Source: Selaginella moellendorffii | Taxonomy: Eukaryota > Plantae > Lycopodiophyta | Direction: 5' to 3' | Length of the DNA stretch: 64,000 nucleotides | NCBI RefSeq assembly: GCF_000143415.4 | Contig: NW_003314439.1 | Span: 3,337 to 67,336, forward strand | In this document: piece by piece, positions 14,157-27,089 of the stretch | Layout of the letters: every line of letters begins with the position of its first letter | Position numbering within the stretch: position 1 is the first letter of the stretch | Notes under the pieces: model-generated | The model's input: the letters and a program-made list of their open reading frames with translations, nothing else | Database searches by the model: none | Told to the model about the DNA's origin: nothing | Translations under genes and position numbers: made by a program

Positions 14157-14687
14157 GTGTAGCTACCGACACACGACACACGACTGCGAATATAAATAAG
14201 GTATACCTTTCAGCTTTCATCACTGGGCCCTGAATCTTTTAGTGTAACGCACTTTGCTCCACTCAGAAGCGAGCGTGAGCGCATGATCGCCTTTCAGAAC
14301 GGGTCCTCAAGGTACGAACTAGTTTTCATTATCTTTGCATTTTGCGTGGTTAAGGTCTAGTTTGGAGGAGTCGTGCTTTCGTGGCTTGACTGAGACGTGC
14401 TGTCATTTTCCAACAAAGAGTGTTGGGTTGTCTTCACACCTTCCCGTCCTGTGACTCTGCTTGTGTGCCGCTCACCAGCCTGTGGATATTGACTCTTTTT
14501 TTCTTTAATTCCTTGAATTCCAGACTAGTTTCTTGGATTTATTCCAAACAGATCGATCGATGTACAGTAAGATACTATAACTCGGTCGTCGTTGAATTGA
14601 AACACCACCCTCTTGTTTCCTTGTGCATGGTAAGTGTGTGTATGATCTGTGTGTGTATCTCTGTCTTCATTCTTTGTGTGACTGTTT

Positions 14688-16367
14688 TCACGCGCTCTTG
14701 TTCGACTTTTCTACGTCTATCACGAATCGGTATCTGACGTCGTTCTTTTCCAGCCGCTTCATCGCCTCGTTGATGTAGTCGAAAGTTACCGTCTCGATCA
14801 TACACTCGATCTTCTTCTCGGCGCTAAACTCCAGCATCTCTTGCGTCTCCTTCATGCTGCCGACAAAGCTCCCGGCGATCATACGTCGTCCTGGACACAA
14901 GCCACAAGTAAGTTTCTTGTCTCTCTCAAACCATTTAAACTTTTCTCTCGTTCTTACCCAGGAGGATATTAGGAGCCACGAACTGTAGAGGTGCCGGAAC
15001 AACTCCAAGGAGAATGAACTTGCCATTCATTCCCAAGAGAGGCAAGTACATATCCAGCGGATGAGGAGCTGGAATGGTGTCGAGGATATAATCCAGGGAT
15101 TGAGCAGCAGCCTGATCGTAAAATACAAACATCCAGAGAAAGAGGTAAGCATCAAGCAGCAGAGACAAGAAAAGAATTCGAGCCAGACGAGACGAGAAAA
15201 CTTACTGCCATTTGCTCCGGATCAGTGCTGACCAAGAAGTCGTCCGCTCCCAGAACTTCTCGGGCCTCCTTCTCTTTGCTGCGAGAAGTGCTAATTACCG
15301 TAACGTGGAGACCGAATGCTTTGGCGAACTTGACTCCCATATGCCCGACACCGCCGAGACCGAGGATACCACACTTCTTTCCAGGCTCGGTCATTCCAAA
15401 GTGCTTCATCGGGCTGTAGACCGTGATCCCGGCACAGAGAAGCGGAGCTGCGGCGTCGAGTGACAGTCCCTCTGGAATGGTCACCACGAATCTGGAAAGA
15501 AAAGATAGCTCCCGGTCAGGAACGAGGAAGAATTCGCAGGAAAAAGCTATGGAGCTCAAGAACAGTGAAAGAGACAGGGGATGAAAGTGGGGACGAGAAT
15601 ATGGGTCTCGGCATGAAGAACTTTTGGGAAAACTTGGTAGCGGCGACGTGACAAGAACTTGGAAGACTTTCGACCGAATCTTTGTCACTTAGAACTTTGT
15701 CGGAGGAAACTTGGAGAACTCTTTCGCTGGAAAAGTCTGGGAAGAACTTGAAGAACAAAACTTGGAAGGAAAAGGAGGATTTTTCTTCTTGCCTTTGATC
15801 GACAACCATGAGATCGGCAAATCCACCCTGAGTTGGCTCGCCATCGGGGAAGACATCGTTGTAGGTCCATCGCTTTTTCGAGCAGTACTGCTCCATATCC
15901 CCGGTGCAAGCATTGCAATCCTGGCAAGAACCAACGATGCATCCGACGCCGACGCAATCGCCCACCTTGAATCTCTCCACGCCGGCACCGACTTTCGTCA
16001 CGGTTCCCACCACTTCGTGCCTGGAATCAAACCCAATTCCATCGATCGATCAGTTCTCGCAAGGAATTCGATAGAAAGAGGATTTCATACCCGGCAACCA
16101 TTGGGTATCGCGACATTCCATAGTCGTTCTTGAGCTGGTGGAGATCGGTGTGGCAGATTCCACAGTAGAGCACTTTAATCTCCACGCTATCGGGATCCAC
16201 TTCCCTGCAAGAGCACGAAATTCTCATCTCGCCAATTCGATCCACTCGCGCTCGACAGGGAAATGGAAGGAAAAAAACCTGAGAGGGAATTCGTATGGCG
16301 AGAGAATGCCGGAGCCGTCGTGCGCGGCCCATCCGTGCGCTGTTCGTGGCGATTCTAGGCTGCCCAT
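14688..16367 (-). CDS. CAD: Cinnamyl alcohol dehydrogenase (class I, lignin type)
   Basis: MGSLE start, CGICHTD, spliced GHEVVG, structural Zn motif CxxCxxC-x7-[21 protein letters not shown]-terminal [10 protein letters not shown]. Confidence 0.95.
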
Positions 16368-16825
16368 CTCCTCTCTCTCTCTCTCACTCGGGATTATCCT
16401 TCTCGCTCGATCCAAACGATCGATCGCTCACCTCTCGAGAGCTCCCCCCCAGCCGAAAACTTTTATAGTGTTGTCCAAGGGCGCATCCTGGCCGTCGGCC
16501 TCCCGCGCATCGCCACCGTTGATAATGGTTTCGGTCAAAATGCCGTCACCCCACCTACCAATCTTAAGCATAATTTGTAGTATGAAACTAGGCCTAAGTA
16601 AGAAGCTGTCAATATAAGTAAGACGTTGTCAACTTTTCTTGCTAGCGAATGGGTGCTGAGCGAATACCGAGAAAAGTAAACTTAAGAACGAATTTTGTTT
16701 CAATCTGGTTTACTTAGGGTTTAGGGCAGACTTTTAAAAAAGCATATTCTTGACAATATCCGCTAAGAAACCCTAAATCAAATTGTCTCTTAAAAGGAAG
16801 AACCCTAAACTCCTTTTTGCCCGTT

Positions 16826-17621
16826 TCACTTCTTTCGCTTCTTGGGAGGCTCCTCGTCTTCGTCATTGTTATCTTCCTCGTCTTCTTCGTCTTCCTCGTC
16901 ATCTTCCTCCTCCTCGTAGGGCTCATCCCCATCGTCCTCCTCCACTTCTTCTTCCTCGTCCTCTTCTCCTTCCTCTTCCTCGTAGCTTGGGTCGTCGCCC
17001 CCTCCGGCTTCCTCCTCCCCATCGCCGCCGCCGCCGCCGCCGCCATCGCCATCCTCGTCGTCGTCGTTCTTGCCACCGTCGTCCACGTCCGAGCTCTCGC
17101 GCCCGCCATTGTCTTCGTCCTCGTCGCTGTGATCGTCCTCGTCGTCCTTTTGGGTCACCTCACACTCGGATCCAGTCTATGAACCGATCAAAGTTAAAAT
17201 CAAATCGAGAGCCCGATACTGTGGATTACCTCTTCTTCTCCATCGTTGTCCTCCGTTAGCTTCGATGATGACAGAGATGGTTCCTCCTGGGAAGAATCAA
17301 AGAAGAAATCGTTGTTAAATCGCTAAAGAACTCAAGGATAGATGGATAGACTGATACCTCCGAAATGTCTGGACCCATGCTAGTATCGTCATCTGCAAAG
17401 AAAGGCATAAAAAATTCTCATGGTCACAGTTTCTTATGTAAGAACAATCATAGAAACCAAAACTTTGATCTATTCTATCAAACTCACCTGGAAGCGAGGA
17501 GAAGATTGCCGCTGGAAAACTGGAAAAGAATCGTTTAGAGAAGATCTGGGAAGAAGAAATTACAGTACCTTGTTCCATCGATGCCTCGGAGCTCCAGAAG
17601 CCTCTTTCCAACCAGCGCCAT
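16826..17621 (-). CDS. Highly acidic D/E-rich protein with a C-terminal NLS (PPKKRKK); about 5 small exons
   Basis: Small exons splice in frame (MALVGKRLLELRGIDGT|SFPAAIFSSLP|DDTSMGPDISE|EEPSL..|TGSECEVTQKDDED..PPKKRKK*); start codon uncertain. Confidence 0.7.
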
Positions 17622-18308
17622 GGAAACGAATCGCTGCTAGAAGAACACAAAAGAGAGATCTAAGGAAGGAATGTTTTTCTTTCTGGCCTGCAAAGAACCG
17701 GGATCGTCAGGAGAGAAACAGTCTTTCAATTCAAGCGCCATTCAGCAAGGAAACACGAAGCCACGAAGAGGAACAAAGACGACGAGGAACAAAGAGAAGA
17801 CGAAGAGTAGCAATCCAGTGTAGCCATAGCCGCCGAAGCAAAACCCTCACTAAACCCTACCACTCGCGGCCTCCCGAGCTGCCAAATGCGAGGAAAAAAC
17901 CGAGATCTAACGCGCGGATGGGGAGAAAAGGGAGGATTTGAGCTACAAGGCCCGCGACGCCATAGCCGGGAGGAGGAAGACGAAGCTGCCCGCGCTGCCC
18001 GTAAAATAAAAGAACCCGTCAAAAATCTCCTCCCACGCCCTGGGCTGCCCGAGCGGGCACAAACATTAACGTTGGTAACTGACACGTGTCAGCCAGATGC
18101 GCGGATGGGCAGATCGCAGCCGTCCGTGTCTCCAAGTATCTAAACTCGGAGTCCGGGAAAATTGGAGGGGTGTTTTATTTAAGATTAAACATAAAACAGA
18201 CTTAACGGAAGCCCAATCCTGAGCGTTGAATGGCGAACGGCTGGGATCTCGGCAGTTCTTAGGGCTCCGAGAGAGTTTAGGGGTTTGTTGACTGTGGCGA
18301 GCTAAGCT

Positions 18309-19381
18309 ATGGCTGGAGCGGCCCTCGTCTTCGCATTCGTGGCGCTGCTCGGCGCCGTGGGAGCGCTCGCGGATGCCAGCAGTGGCGCATTCCTTCTCCT
18401 GCACAAGGAGGTGCAGATCAAGCGATTGAAGCCTGGATCGGAGCGCATCACTGTCTCGCTCGTCGTTCACAACGCGGGATCCACGTAAGTAAGAAAAACC
18501 TTGAGCTAGGTTGGAGGAATCGGCCTGGGATTGCTCGATTATATTTTCGATCTGATTGGATTGAATTGCATGACTTTGTTGCTTTCTTGCACTGATTGAT
18601 AGAAATTCTCTGCCCTGGGATAGAGTTTGATCGCTATCCAGATTCTTACGATTGGAACGTTTGCAGCACAGCGTATGATGTGAGCTTGATCGACGATTCG
18701 TGGCCCAGTTCTTATTTCAATGTCGTGTCCGGGGACACATCCACAGCATGGGAGAAGCTAGAAGTGTAAGTTTCAATGGTTGTTTTTTTTTTGCTTCTCC
18801 TTGGAATTTTTTGTAGAACTCACACTGTTTTGCAGTGGAAAGTCCCTGCAGCATTCGTTTGTCTTGGAGCCCAAAACCAAGGGTTCGTTTCAAGCCGCTC
18901 CCGCGGTCGTGAAGTATCGCGTGGCGGCCAAATCAGCGCTACAGGTACGTGTTCTAGAGATGATAACTTCGAGAGCATTCGTTGTCTTGGAATTTTCGTC
19001 GTCGTGATGGTTTGTACATTGTGATGATCAATCAATCAGGAAGCATGGTCTACTCCACTGCCGCCGCTGGACACTCTCTCCGACAAACCAAGTGGGATCA
19101 AATACGATTTCGTAAGTTTTTAAAGCTTTTCTGGTCCTCGTCCTCTGCTACTAAAGTACTGCTTACTTGCGATTGTCTCCCGTACAACAATCTCACACGC
19201 AGATCAAGGTAGATTTCTTCCGTTCCTCTGGAGCTTTTCTAACACCTTACTTCTTCCCGTCCAGAACATCGCGTTGAAATACGGCCCTCTTGTGTCGGTG
19301 CTTTCCATCGTGGGGATCTTCGTGTACCTGATGGTGGCTCCTTCCAGCTCCAAAAAGTCCAAGAGCAAGAAGCGCCGCTAA
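18309..19381 (+). CDS. SSR2: Translocon-associated protein subunit beta (TRAP-beta)
   Basis: Signal peptide; VHNAGST|TAYDVSLIDDSW; HSFVLEPK; AVVKYRVAAKSALQ|EAWST; TM segment KYGPLVSVLSIVGIFVYL; basic tail KKSKSKKRR*. Confidence 0.92.
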
Positions 19382-19723
19382 GAAAACAAGTATGAGGAAA
19401 ATCTCAAAACTCTCAGTAGCAAGCACCATCACATCCTCTCGGGAAAACTCAAGCTCTTGAGCGTTTTGACATGAGTGACCATCAACTTACCTGAAAAAAC
19501 ACCACTTTGAATTTAAGTCCTGTTTTCCTACACAGTACTATAACTAGCTAAAGTCTCTCTATGAAAGCTCTCTATCACTGGCCAGTTTATTGCGAGCTAG
19601 CGCAGAATTGCCTTACTGCGAAACAAAAAGACGCGAAGTTAGAAGAAAGCGAGTGAATATGTCAAGAACAACGAAGAAAAGAGAGACTTTTACCTACAGT
19701 CTTGGACGAAGCTGATCCCTGGA

Positions 19724-22264
19724 TCACCAGTAGTCACCGCAAGAGCACGTCCCATCCTTGGCAAAGTGGTGGAACCGCCGGTTATCGCGCACGATGATCT
19801 CTCGTTGCATCACCTTGGCGTAGAGCTTGGACGCGGTGTGGCAGTCTCCACACACTCGCAAGTTCTTGATCACTCTCAGTGGCTGCCCCGGCGGCGTGTT
19901 CATGTGTCCGTAAGCCATCGCCAGCCTCTCGCTGTGGTACCACAGCAGCCTCTCCTTCTTGTCCTCTGGAACGTCGTGAAGAACGTATCTCGTGTCGGGG
20001 ATGTATCCATCCTTCTTGATCAGCGCGGTGATCCTGTCCACCTCGGCGTAAATCTCCCTCGTGTGCGGGTGCGAGCGATCGCCGGCCACGAACCCATGCA
20101 CCGTGTTCTTGATGCTGATCATACTCTTGCCGGGCTCTTTCTTGATCCCCCTGTCCGTCATGAGCTTCCTCACGCGCTTGGCCTCCTCCCATCTCGCCGC
20201 CACCCTGTGAGCTCCGGTTCCCAGCGGATCAAGCTTGTTGTTGATCTTCATGATGATCTCGCCCACGCGCTGCGTCCGCGGAGCATCGTTCTGGGACTTG
20301 CAGCACTCGAGCAGCGCGAACCAGATGATCTCGTTCACCTGGAGCGGCACCATCCGGATCAGGTCTTCGGCCTCCTGGAGGTAGCCTTTCCTCGCAACCG
20401 TGTCCACCAGAGCGACGTAGTGCTCCATCTCCGGGACCAGTCCATAGTCGAACTTCATGTCCTTGAAGTAGCGGCCAGCTTCCTGGAGGTGACCACCGTA
20501 AGCACACGCCGTGAGGATGTCCACGAACGTAACTTTGTCCGGCATCACCCCGTCCTGCTGCATCATCCTGGCCAGCTTGAGCGCTCGATCGCTCTCGTCC
20601 TTCATTCCCAGGATTCCAATCATCGCGGACCAGGCCGCGACGTCGTGCTCTTCCGATGATTCAAACGCCAACTTGGTCTCGTCCAGGCAGTCGCAGCGAG
20701 AGTACATGTTAACCATCGCGTTCTTCACGAAGATGTCCTCGTGCTTGTCGTACTCCATAGCCGTGTAGTGCAGAGCTTTGCCTTCTTCCACCTCTCGCGC
20801 TCCGGCACAGGCCGTGAGGCCATAGCCGAGAGCGAACACGTCAGGCTCCACCCCCTTTTCCAGCATGTCGTGAGCAATGTCGATCGCGTCCCTATACTGG
20901 TTGAGAGCCAGGTATCCCTTCATCATTGCCGAGAACACGGACACCTTCTTGTCCTCGATCGCGTCGTAGCACACCCGAGCAAGGATCATACTTCCAAACT
21001 TCTCCGCGAACATGTTGATGATCGCGGTCCCGACTTTGGCGCTCAGCCCAATCTTCTCCTCGACTAGCCTCTGGAGCTTCTTGGCTTCATCCACTGTAAT
21101 GTTCCTGGATTTCTGAGCGACGAGAACGTAAGTATCCTCGTCCGGCGGCGCTCCTTCCTTGGCCATCACATCTAAGATCTGGAGCACCGCGTTATACTTC
21201 CCGAGCCGGCAGTAGGCCTCGAGCATCGTCGTCCAAGCCTTCACATCTGGATTCTCGATCTTGTCGAAAGCATTGCATGCCTCCTGGATGCTGCCAACTT
21301 TTGCATACATTCTCATCACCGCAAACTTGACTTCTGGATCCGAGTCGAAACCACCATCGACGAGGAGCGAGTGGACTTTTCTCGCCTCCGCGCCATCACC
21401 CAGTCCCACCGCAGCTTCCATTGCAGCGAGCAGAGAAGCCTTGTCCGGAACCACGGACTCTCTCCTCATGTAGTAGAAGAGGTCGAGAGTGTCAACGTAT
21501 TCCTGGTGCTCGGTGCAAGCTGCTAGAATCTGTGCCCAGGCCGCAACGTCCTTGTTGGGAAGTTTTAAGAACGCGTCGATCTTACTTCCAAGTTCTGCAA
21601 GCTTGCGACCCGCGGGCTCCTCGGAGATGTGCCGGGGGATGATGAAGAACTTCCCCCACATCCCCGGAGGAATGGGAGCCGTGTGTGGAGTGTAAACTGG
21701 CGGCGGCACTCCACTGACTTGCCTGACGGTCGGCAAGGGCGGAGGAGTGTAGGCTGGAACAGCCACGGCGCTGGCCTGCCTGATCGTCTGCTGGAATGGA
21801 AATTGGACTTGCATACACTGGCGCCATCCTGGAAAATCCAAACGAAGAACACCAACGTTTAGAACTTGAAAAATCTAGAGAACTTCTAGAAGATGGTAGC
21901 ACAGAATCAAAATGGCAGAGCAAGCAAACGAAATCAAAACGGGCAAGCAAAGGAAATCAAAATGGTAGAGCACGCAAAGGAAATCAAAGTGGTAGAGCAA
22001 GCAAAGGAAATCCGTGTGCCCACGGTAAGAAACGCTAGAAATGGAAGATCTACAAGCAAATGCTGCTTCATTCCGCTAGAATGCGACACTGGCCATCCTC
22101 TAGACCTCGAAATCCATGCCAATCGACCCTGGCAGCAGCAGGCATTGCCCGCACCGCCTATTTCCATCACAATCCCGGCAAGAAAACCTGGACAGTGCGC
22201 TACAAGCTCTAGCGGCACACATACCTCGCAAGCCAGCCCTGATCGCGCCGCGCGCCTGCCTCAT
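19724..22264 (-). CDS. PLS-class PPR-DYW RNA-editing factor (exon 1 22264-22225, exon 2 21828-19724)
   Basis: PPR repeats, PG box, HSERLA, CGDCH and terminal DYW; a 13-codon leader exon joins in phase 1. Confidence 0.93.
21905..22012. repeat. Short degenerate tandem repeat (about 30 bp) in the intron of the PPR-DYW gene
   Basis: gcaaaggaaatcaaaatggtagagca-like unit recurs 3-4 times. Confidence 0.6.
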
Positions 22265-22392
22265 TGCCCGGGCGCCCTCTCTCGCGACTAAAACCCTCGC
22301 CTAAAACCCTGGAACGCGGCGTTTTAGGGTTTATGCGATAAAGATATACCCTAGGTGGGAGTTTCAAATAGAAAGATCTTATAACCTTTAGG

Positions 22393-24554
22393 CTACCAAT
22401 AATCTCCGCAAGAACACGTCCCATCCTTCGCAAAGTGATGAAACCTCCTGTTATCCCTCACGATGATCTCCCGTTGCATCACTTTCGCAAAGAGCTTCGT
22501 CGCGGTGTGACAATCGCCGCAAACTCGCAAGTTCTTGATGATCCTCAGCGCCGTCCCTGGCGGCGTCGTGATCGATCCATACGCGATCGCCAGCCTCTCG
22601 GAGTGATACCACAGCAATCTCTCCTTCTGATCCTCCGGAACATCGTGAAGAACATACCTCGTGTCGGGGATGTATCCCTCCTTCTTGATCAGATCGGTGA
22701 GCCTGTGGACCTCCTCATACGTTTCCTTGGTGTGAGGATGCGATCGATCGCCCGCGACGAAGCCACGAACGTTGTTCTTGACGCTGATCATGCTCTTCCC
22801 GGGCTCCTTCTTGATCGCCCTCGCCGCGATGAGCTTCCTCACTCGCTTGGCATCCTCCCACCTCGCGGGAGCTCTTCCGCCAGTGATCATCCCGCCACCG
22901 CCCAGAGGATCAGTCTTTGGATCCAGCCGCATGATCACGTCCGCGCAGCGATTCGCGCGCTCCATGTCGTTGTAGCTCCGGCAATTCCCCAGCAGCGAGT
23001 GCCAGATCCTCTCGTCCCACTCCTCCGCTGCCATCGCCCGGATGAGCTCCTCCGCCAGCGCGAGCTCTCCTCTCCTCCCCAGCGCGTCCGCCAGGCAGCC
23101 AATGTGCTCCCTCTCGCGCGCCAGCCCGTGATCCACCGCCATATCCACGAAGAACTTCACCGCCTCCTCGATCATCCCGGCGTGCGCGCACGCCGCCAGC
23201 ACGCCCACCATCGTCGCGCCGCTGGGCCGCCACCCATCCTGCTGCATCCTCGCCGCCATCGCCACCGCGCCGCGAGGATCGCCGTGCCGCCCCAGCGCGG
23301 CGATCATCGCCGACCACGCTACTGTATCCGGCCTCTCGATCTCGCCAAACACCGCGCTCGCGTCCTCCATGGATCCACACCGCGAGTACATGTCCACCAG
23401 CGCGGTCCTCACAACGTCGTCGCGGTGGAGGCCAAGATCCATCGCCGAGCAGTGGAGAGCTTTCCCTTCCTCTAGATCGGGGATGCTCGCGCAGGCGCTG
23501 ATCGCCACCGCGAGAACGAGATTGTCCGCCGCCACCCTCCTCCGGATCATCTCCTGGAAGATCGCCAACGCCTCCCTCGGCTGCTTGTTGTTCGCGTAGC
23601 CGGCGATCATCGCCGTGTAAGCCGCGACGCTCTTCTGCGAGATCTTGTCGAACGCCTCCCTCGCCAGGATCATGCTCGAGAACCGCGAGAACATCCCGAT
23701 CACTGCAGTGCCGATCCTGGCGCTGGCGTCCAGGCTGCGCTGCTGCTGCTCGCTCGCCAGCGCCTGGATCTTCTTGCCATCTTCCAGCGCGAGGTTCTTG
23801 CAAGTATCCAGGATGGTGATGAACGTCACCTCGTTGGGCTTCACTCCCTCGGCCTCCATCCTCTCCAGGATTTGCATCACGCTGTTGAAGCTCCCCAGCC
23901 GGCAGTAAGCTCCAACGAGAACAGTCCATGCCGCCACTCCCGGCTGGTCGATCCGATCAAACGCCCGGCAAGCGTCCTGGATGCTTCCGATCCTGGCGTA
24001 CATCTTCACCACCGCGGTCCCGACCATCGAATCTCTCTCGAGCTCGCGATCCAGTACCATCGAGTGGATTCTCTTCCCCTGCGCGATATCTCCCAGCCCG
24101 ATCACCGAGTCGAGCACCGTCACGAAGCAAATCCTGTCCGGCACCACGCCTTGCTCGCGCATCCGATCGAAGAGGTCCAGAGCTCCAATGTAGTCCCTGT
24201 GCTCGTTGCAAGCTGCCAGAATTTTCGTCCAGGAGACCACATCGCTGCTTGGAGCTCGAAGAAACGCCTCCAGTCGATCACCCAGATGATCCAGCTTGCT
24301 TCCCGCGGTCTGGGACTGGATCCTGTACTGCTCCGCCAGGACATTCGCGGTGCCATACTTCACTCCAGGAAGAAAAGTCGAGATCAGTGGACTAGAGAGA
24401 ATTTCTGGCCCAGTCGAGACCCCTCTCGATCCCTGCTGCTGCTGGCACTGCCGGAGAAATCGCCCTGGAAAGAGGAATCAGTAACAATGCAGCCCAATTG
24501 GAGTCTCGTGATCTTACCCAGCAGCCCAGCAGCAGTCGATCGCGCTCGTTTCAT
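22393..24554 (-). CDS. PLS-class PPR-DYW RNA-editing factor, tandem paralog (exon 1 24554-24518, exon 2 24464-22393)
   Basis: PPR repeats, HSERLA, CGDCH and terminal DYW; a 53-nt phase-1 intron follows [12 protein letters not shown]. Confidence 0.93.
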
Positions 24555-24621
24555 CGCGAGGAAAAACCCTTAGGGTTCTTCATAAACCCTGGCCCCGCGC
24601 CTGGCGATTCGAACCCGAGAC

Positions 24622-25980
24622 TTAGTCCTGGAAGTCGAAGAAGCTAAAGACGTAGCTCTCCTCCTCGCGCTTCTCCCTATCCCAGCCAAGGATTCTCTCG
24701 TGGATCTTCGCCATCGCCCTCTGCCCATCTCGCCCCGGCCGGCTCGATCCATAGGCAGCAACCAGCTTCTCGCGGATGGCGTCGGAGATTTCCACCCGGT
24801 TCCTCACCAGCAGCGCGTGGATCATCTTGCAATCCTTGAGCCCGGGGCTGGAATCCAGCGCCAGGAGGAAGCTCTCTCTGTCCGGGACGATCTTGCTCAA
24901 ACACATCCGCGTGAATCCCTCGAGCGCCTTGATCCGGTGTCCGTGAGTGAGATAGGCCCGGATCATCGCGTTCCAAGCCTGGAGATCCTTCTTATGAATC
25001 CTCTGGAAGATCTCCACGGCTTCGTCGAGGGATCCACAGCGAATTCCATACATCCTTACGAGCTCCACTGCCAGATCGCGGCGGAGATCACAGCTGCTGC
25101 TGCTAGCGCACGAGTGGATCAACCTCCCGATCGACAAATCCTCCGCGCTGCGGCAAATTCCAAGCGCAATCCGGAAGCTGGAAGGATTGAGCGGCATTCC
25201 CTCCAAGATCATCACTCTAAACATCCCCAGCGCCCGCGATAGATCCCCGTTCCTGGCAAACGCCTCGAGGCAAGCGTTCCACACCAAGACCCTGTGAAAT
25301 CTCTTGACGCGATCGAACGCCTGGACGGCGGCCTCGATCTCGCCGCAATTGGAATACATCCCGATGAGCGAGATCGCAACCCCGGCGTCAAGATCATACC
25401 CGCAGCGCCGGATCGTGTCGTGGAAGAATCGCCCCAGGGAGAGATCGCGCTTCATCCCAGCGGCCTCCACGGCCATGGCGAGCATCGACGGATCGGCCTT
25501 GAACGCCTTGAGCCGCGCGAGGTGGAGAATCTTGAGCGCCTCGTCTGGATCCCCGGCCGTGACATAGGCGCGCATGATCGCGGTGAAGGAGAGGACGTTG
25601 TGGCTGCCGAGGCCATCGAAGATCCGGCGCGCCTCGCCCGGATTCCCAAATGCCGCGTACATGAAGACGAGATCGTTGCCGACGAATCGCTCGGCCTCCA
25701 TCCGGCTCCGCCGGATGTGATCGTGGACCCTGGCGCCCTCGGCCATGGCGCGCAGCCGCGTGCACAGCTGCAAGACGTGCTGATAGGAATCCACATCGAA
25801 CGGCTCGTCCCTGGCATCGATGATCCTGAGAAACTCCTGAAGCTCCCGGAAATCCTCGCCACGGCTCTTCCTCCGCGCATTCCCTGCATCGTCATCCTCC
25901 TCGTCTTCTTCGAGCTTCCCGGCAGCGATCAATCGCGCTCTAGTCCTGCATGCCGCGGCCGCGGCCCATCGCCGGAGCAT
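24622..25980 (-). CDS. PLS-class PPR protein without a DYW domain
   Basis: 452-aa intronless ORF with PPR motifs (LVFMYAAFGNPGEARRIFD, AWNAMIRAY) and an Arg/Ala-rich targeting peptide. Confidence 0.88.
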   Translation of the reverse strand: MLRRWAAAAACRTRARLIAAGKLEEDEEDDDAGNARRKSRGEDFRELQEFLRIIDARDEPFDVDSYQHVLQLCTRLRAMAEGARVHDHIRRSRMEAERFVGNDLVFMYAAFGNPGEARRIFDGLGSHNVLSFTAIMRAYVTAGDPDEALKILHLARLKAFKADPSMLAMAVEAAGMKRDLSLGRFFHDTIRRCGYDLDAGVAISLIGMYSNCGEIEAAVQAFDRVKRFHRVLVWNACLEAFARNGDLSRALGMFRVMILEGMPLNPSSFRIALGICRSAEDLSIGRLIHSCASSSSCDLRRDLAVELVRMYGIRCGSLDEAVEIFQRIHKKDLQAWNAMIRAYLTHGHRIKALEGFTRMCLSKIVPDRESFLLALDSSPGLKDCKMIHALLVRNRVEISDAIREKLVAAYGSSRPGRDGQRAMAKIHERILGWDREKREEESYVFSFFDFQD

Positions 25981-26199
25981 CCAACCCGCGGAAGAACCCT
26001 AAAAACAGAGTTAAAGGAAGGACCCTAAAGGTAAGGGAAGAGCCCTAAAAACAGAGGTAAAGGGCGAGAAATAGTTTCAAATAGAACATTCCACACGAAT
26101 CTAGGGTAGGCAAACTTTAAACGACACGTGAACTAATGAAGTAATGTGGAGATAACATATAATTTTAGTAGATTGGTGTTTGCTATGGGGAAGCCACAA

Positions 26200-27089
26200 A
26201 TGGCCCCTGCTGACTTGGTACCCAGACGAGGAGCTGGTTGCCGTGGTGTCTAACACGCTCCTCCCTCGCCACTACACCCACTGTCCTCGTCGCCCTCAGG
26301 CCTCATCTGCGGCCTCCTCGACGACTTCGACTGGTGCTTCCGCGCCGCAGTGTGCAACCCGGTCACCGGCCTTCAGTGCATCCTTCCCGCCTTGACGCTG
26401 CCCATGGATGCCTCCATCGGATACCAGGACTGGTCATACAGACATGGCCAGACGAGGTTGCAAGTGCGAGGTGACGATAGCCGGTTCTGGGTCCACATCC
26501 TCCACACAAACGTTGGCGAGCATGGCCACCACCACCTCCACACCTTCGACTCGAGCACCAACGCTTGGGAGTTGACGTCGCGGGTGAGTTTGCTTTCTGG
26601 GATGGCGGGCTCAAGGCCTACGACTGGAGCAGCGGCGAGTGGAGCGGGGTCGGCATCTCTGAGCAAGGCAAACAGGGCTTGCTGGTGTTTCCCAAGCCAG
26701 AGGAGTTGGCCGGCTACACTTACTGCCGTGCGTTTCCTTTCCGCTCTGGGCCGAGGATCATGGTGGCCGCGCTGTGCTGCATTGACAACACCGCAGCCCT
26801 AGGCAGTCGGATGGATGATGGGGGGCTGGCGCTGCTGGAGGTCGACCATGAGAGTGGGCTCCTGAAGGCGATCAGTGGTGTGGTGGTGAAGCAGCTTCAT
26901 GACTATCGTGGGGACAATGTTCCAGAATACCACTTGCAATGGTTTACTGCGGGCGTCAACCTGCTTGTTTCCTTGGACGACTTTTACTTCTTATGGCCTG
27001 TGGCTTTCGACATGAGGCGTCATGAATTCCCAAGAAGCTGTGGCCACGTCCGACCGTGCTGCATTTACACCCCTTTAGCTCCGCAATAG
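26200..27089 (+). pseudogene. Frameshifted F-box-associated/kelch-like gene remnant
   Basis: GLICG..AVCNPVTG..LP, HTFDSSTNAW and AYDWSSGEW lie in different reading frames; no F-box N-terminus seen. Confidence 0.5.

Noticed and set aside
16022-16095. Apparent GYE in place of the catalytic GHE in CAD
   Set aside because: The ORF track reads into an intron; splicing restores GHEVVG
16714-17259. Arg/Thr-rich and hydrophobic ORFs overlapping the acidic gene
   Set aside because: Alternative frames of GAG/GAC-rich low-complexity sequence
19766-26028. Long plus-strand ORFs opposite the PPR genes
   Set aside because: Antisense shadows of GC-rich coding sequence with no independent motifs
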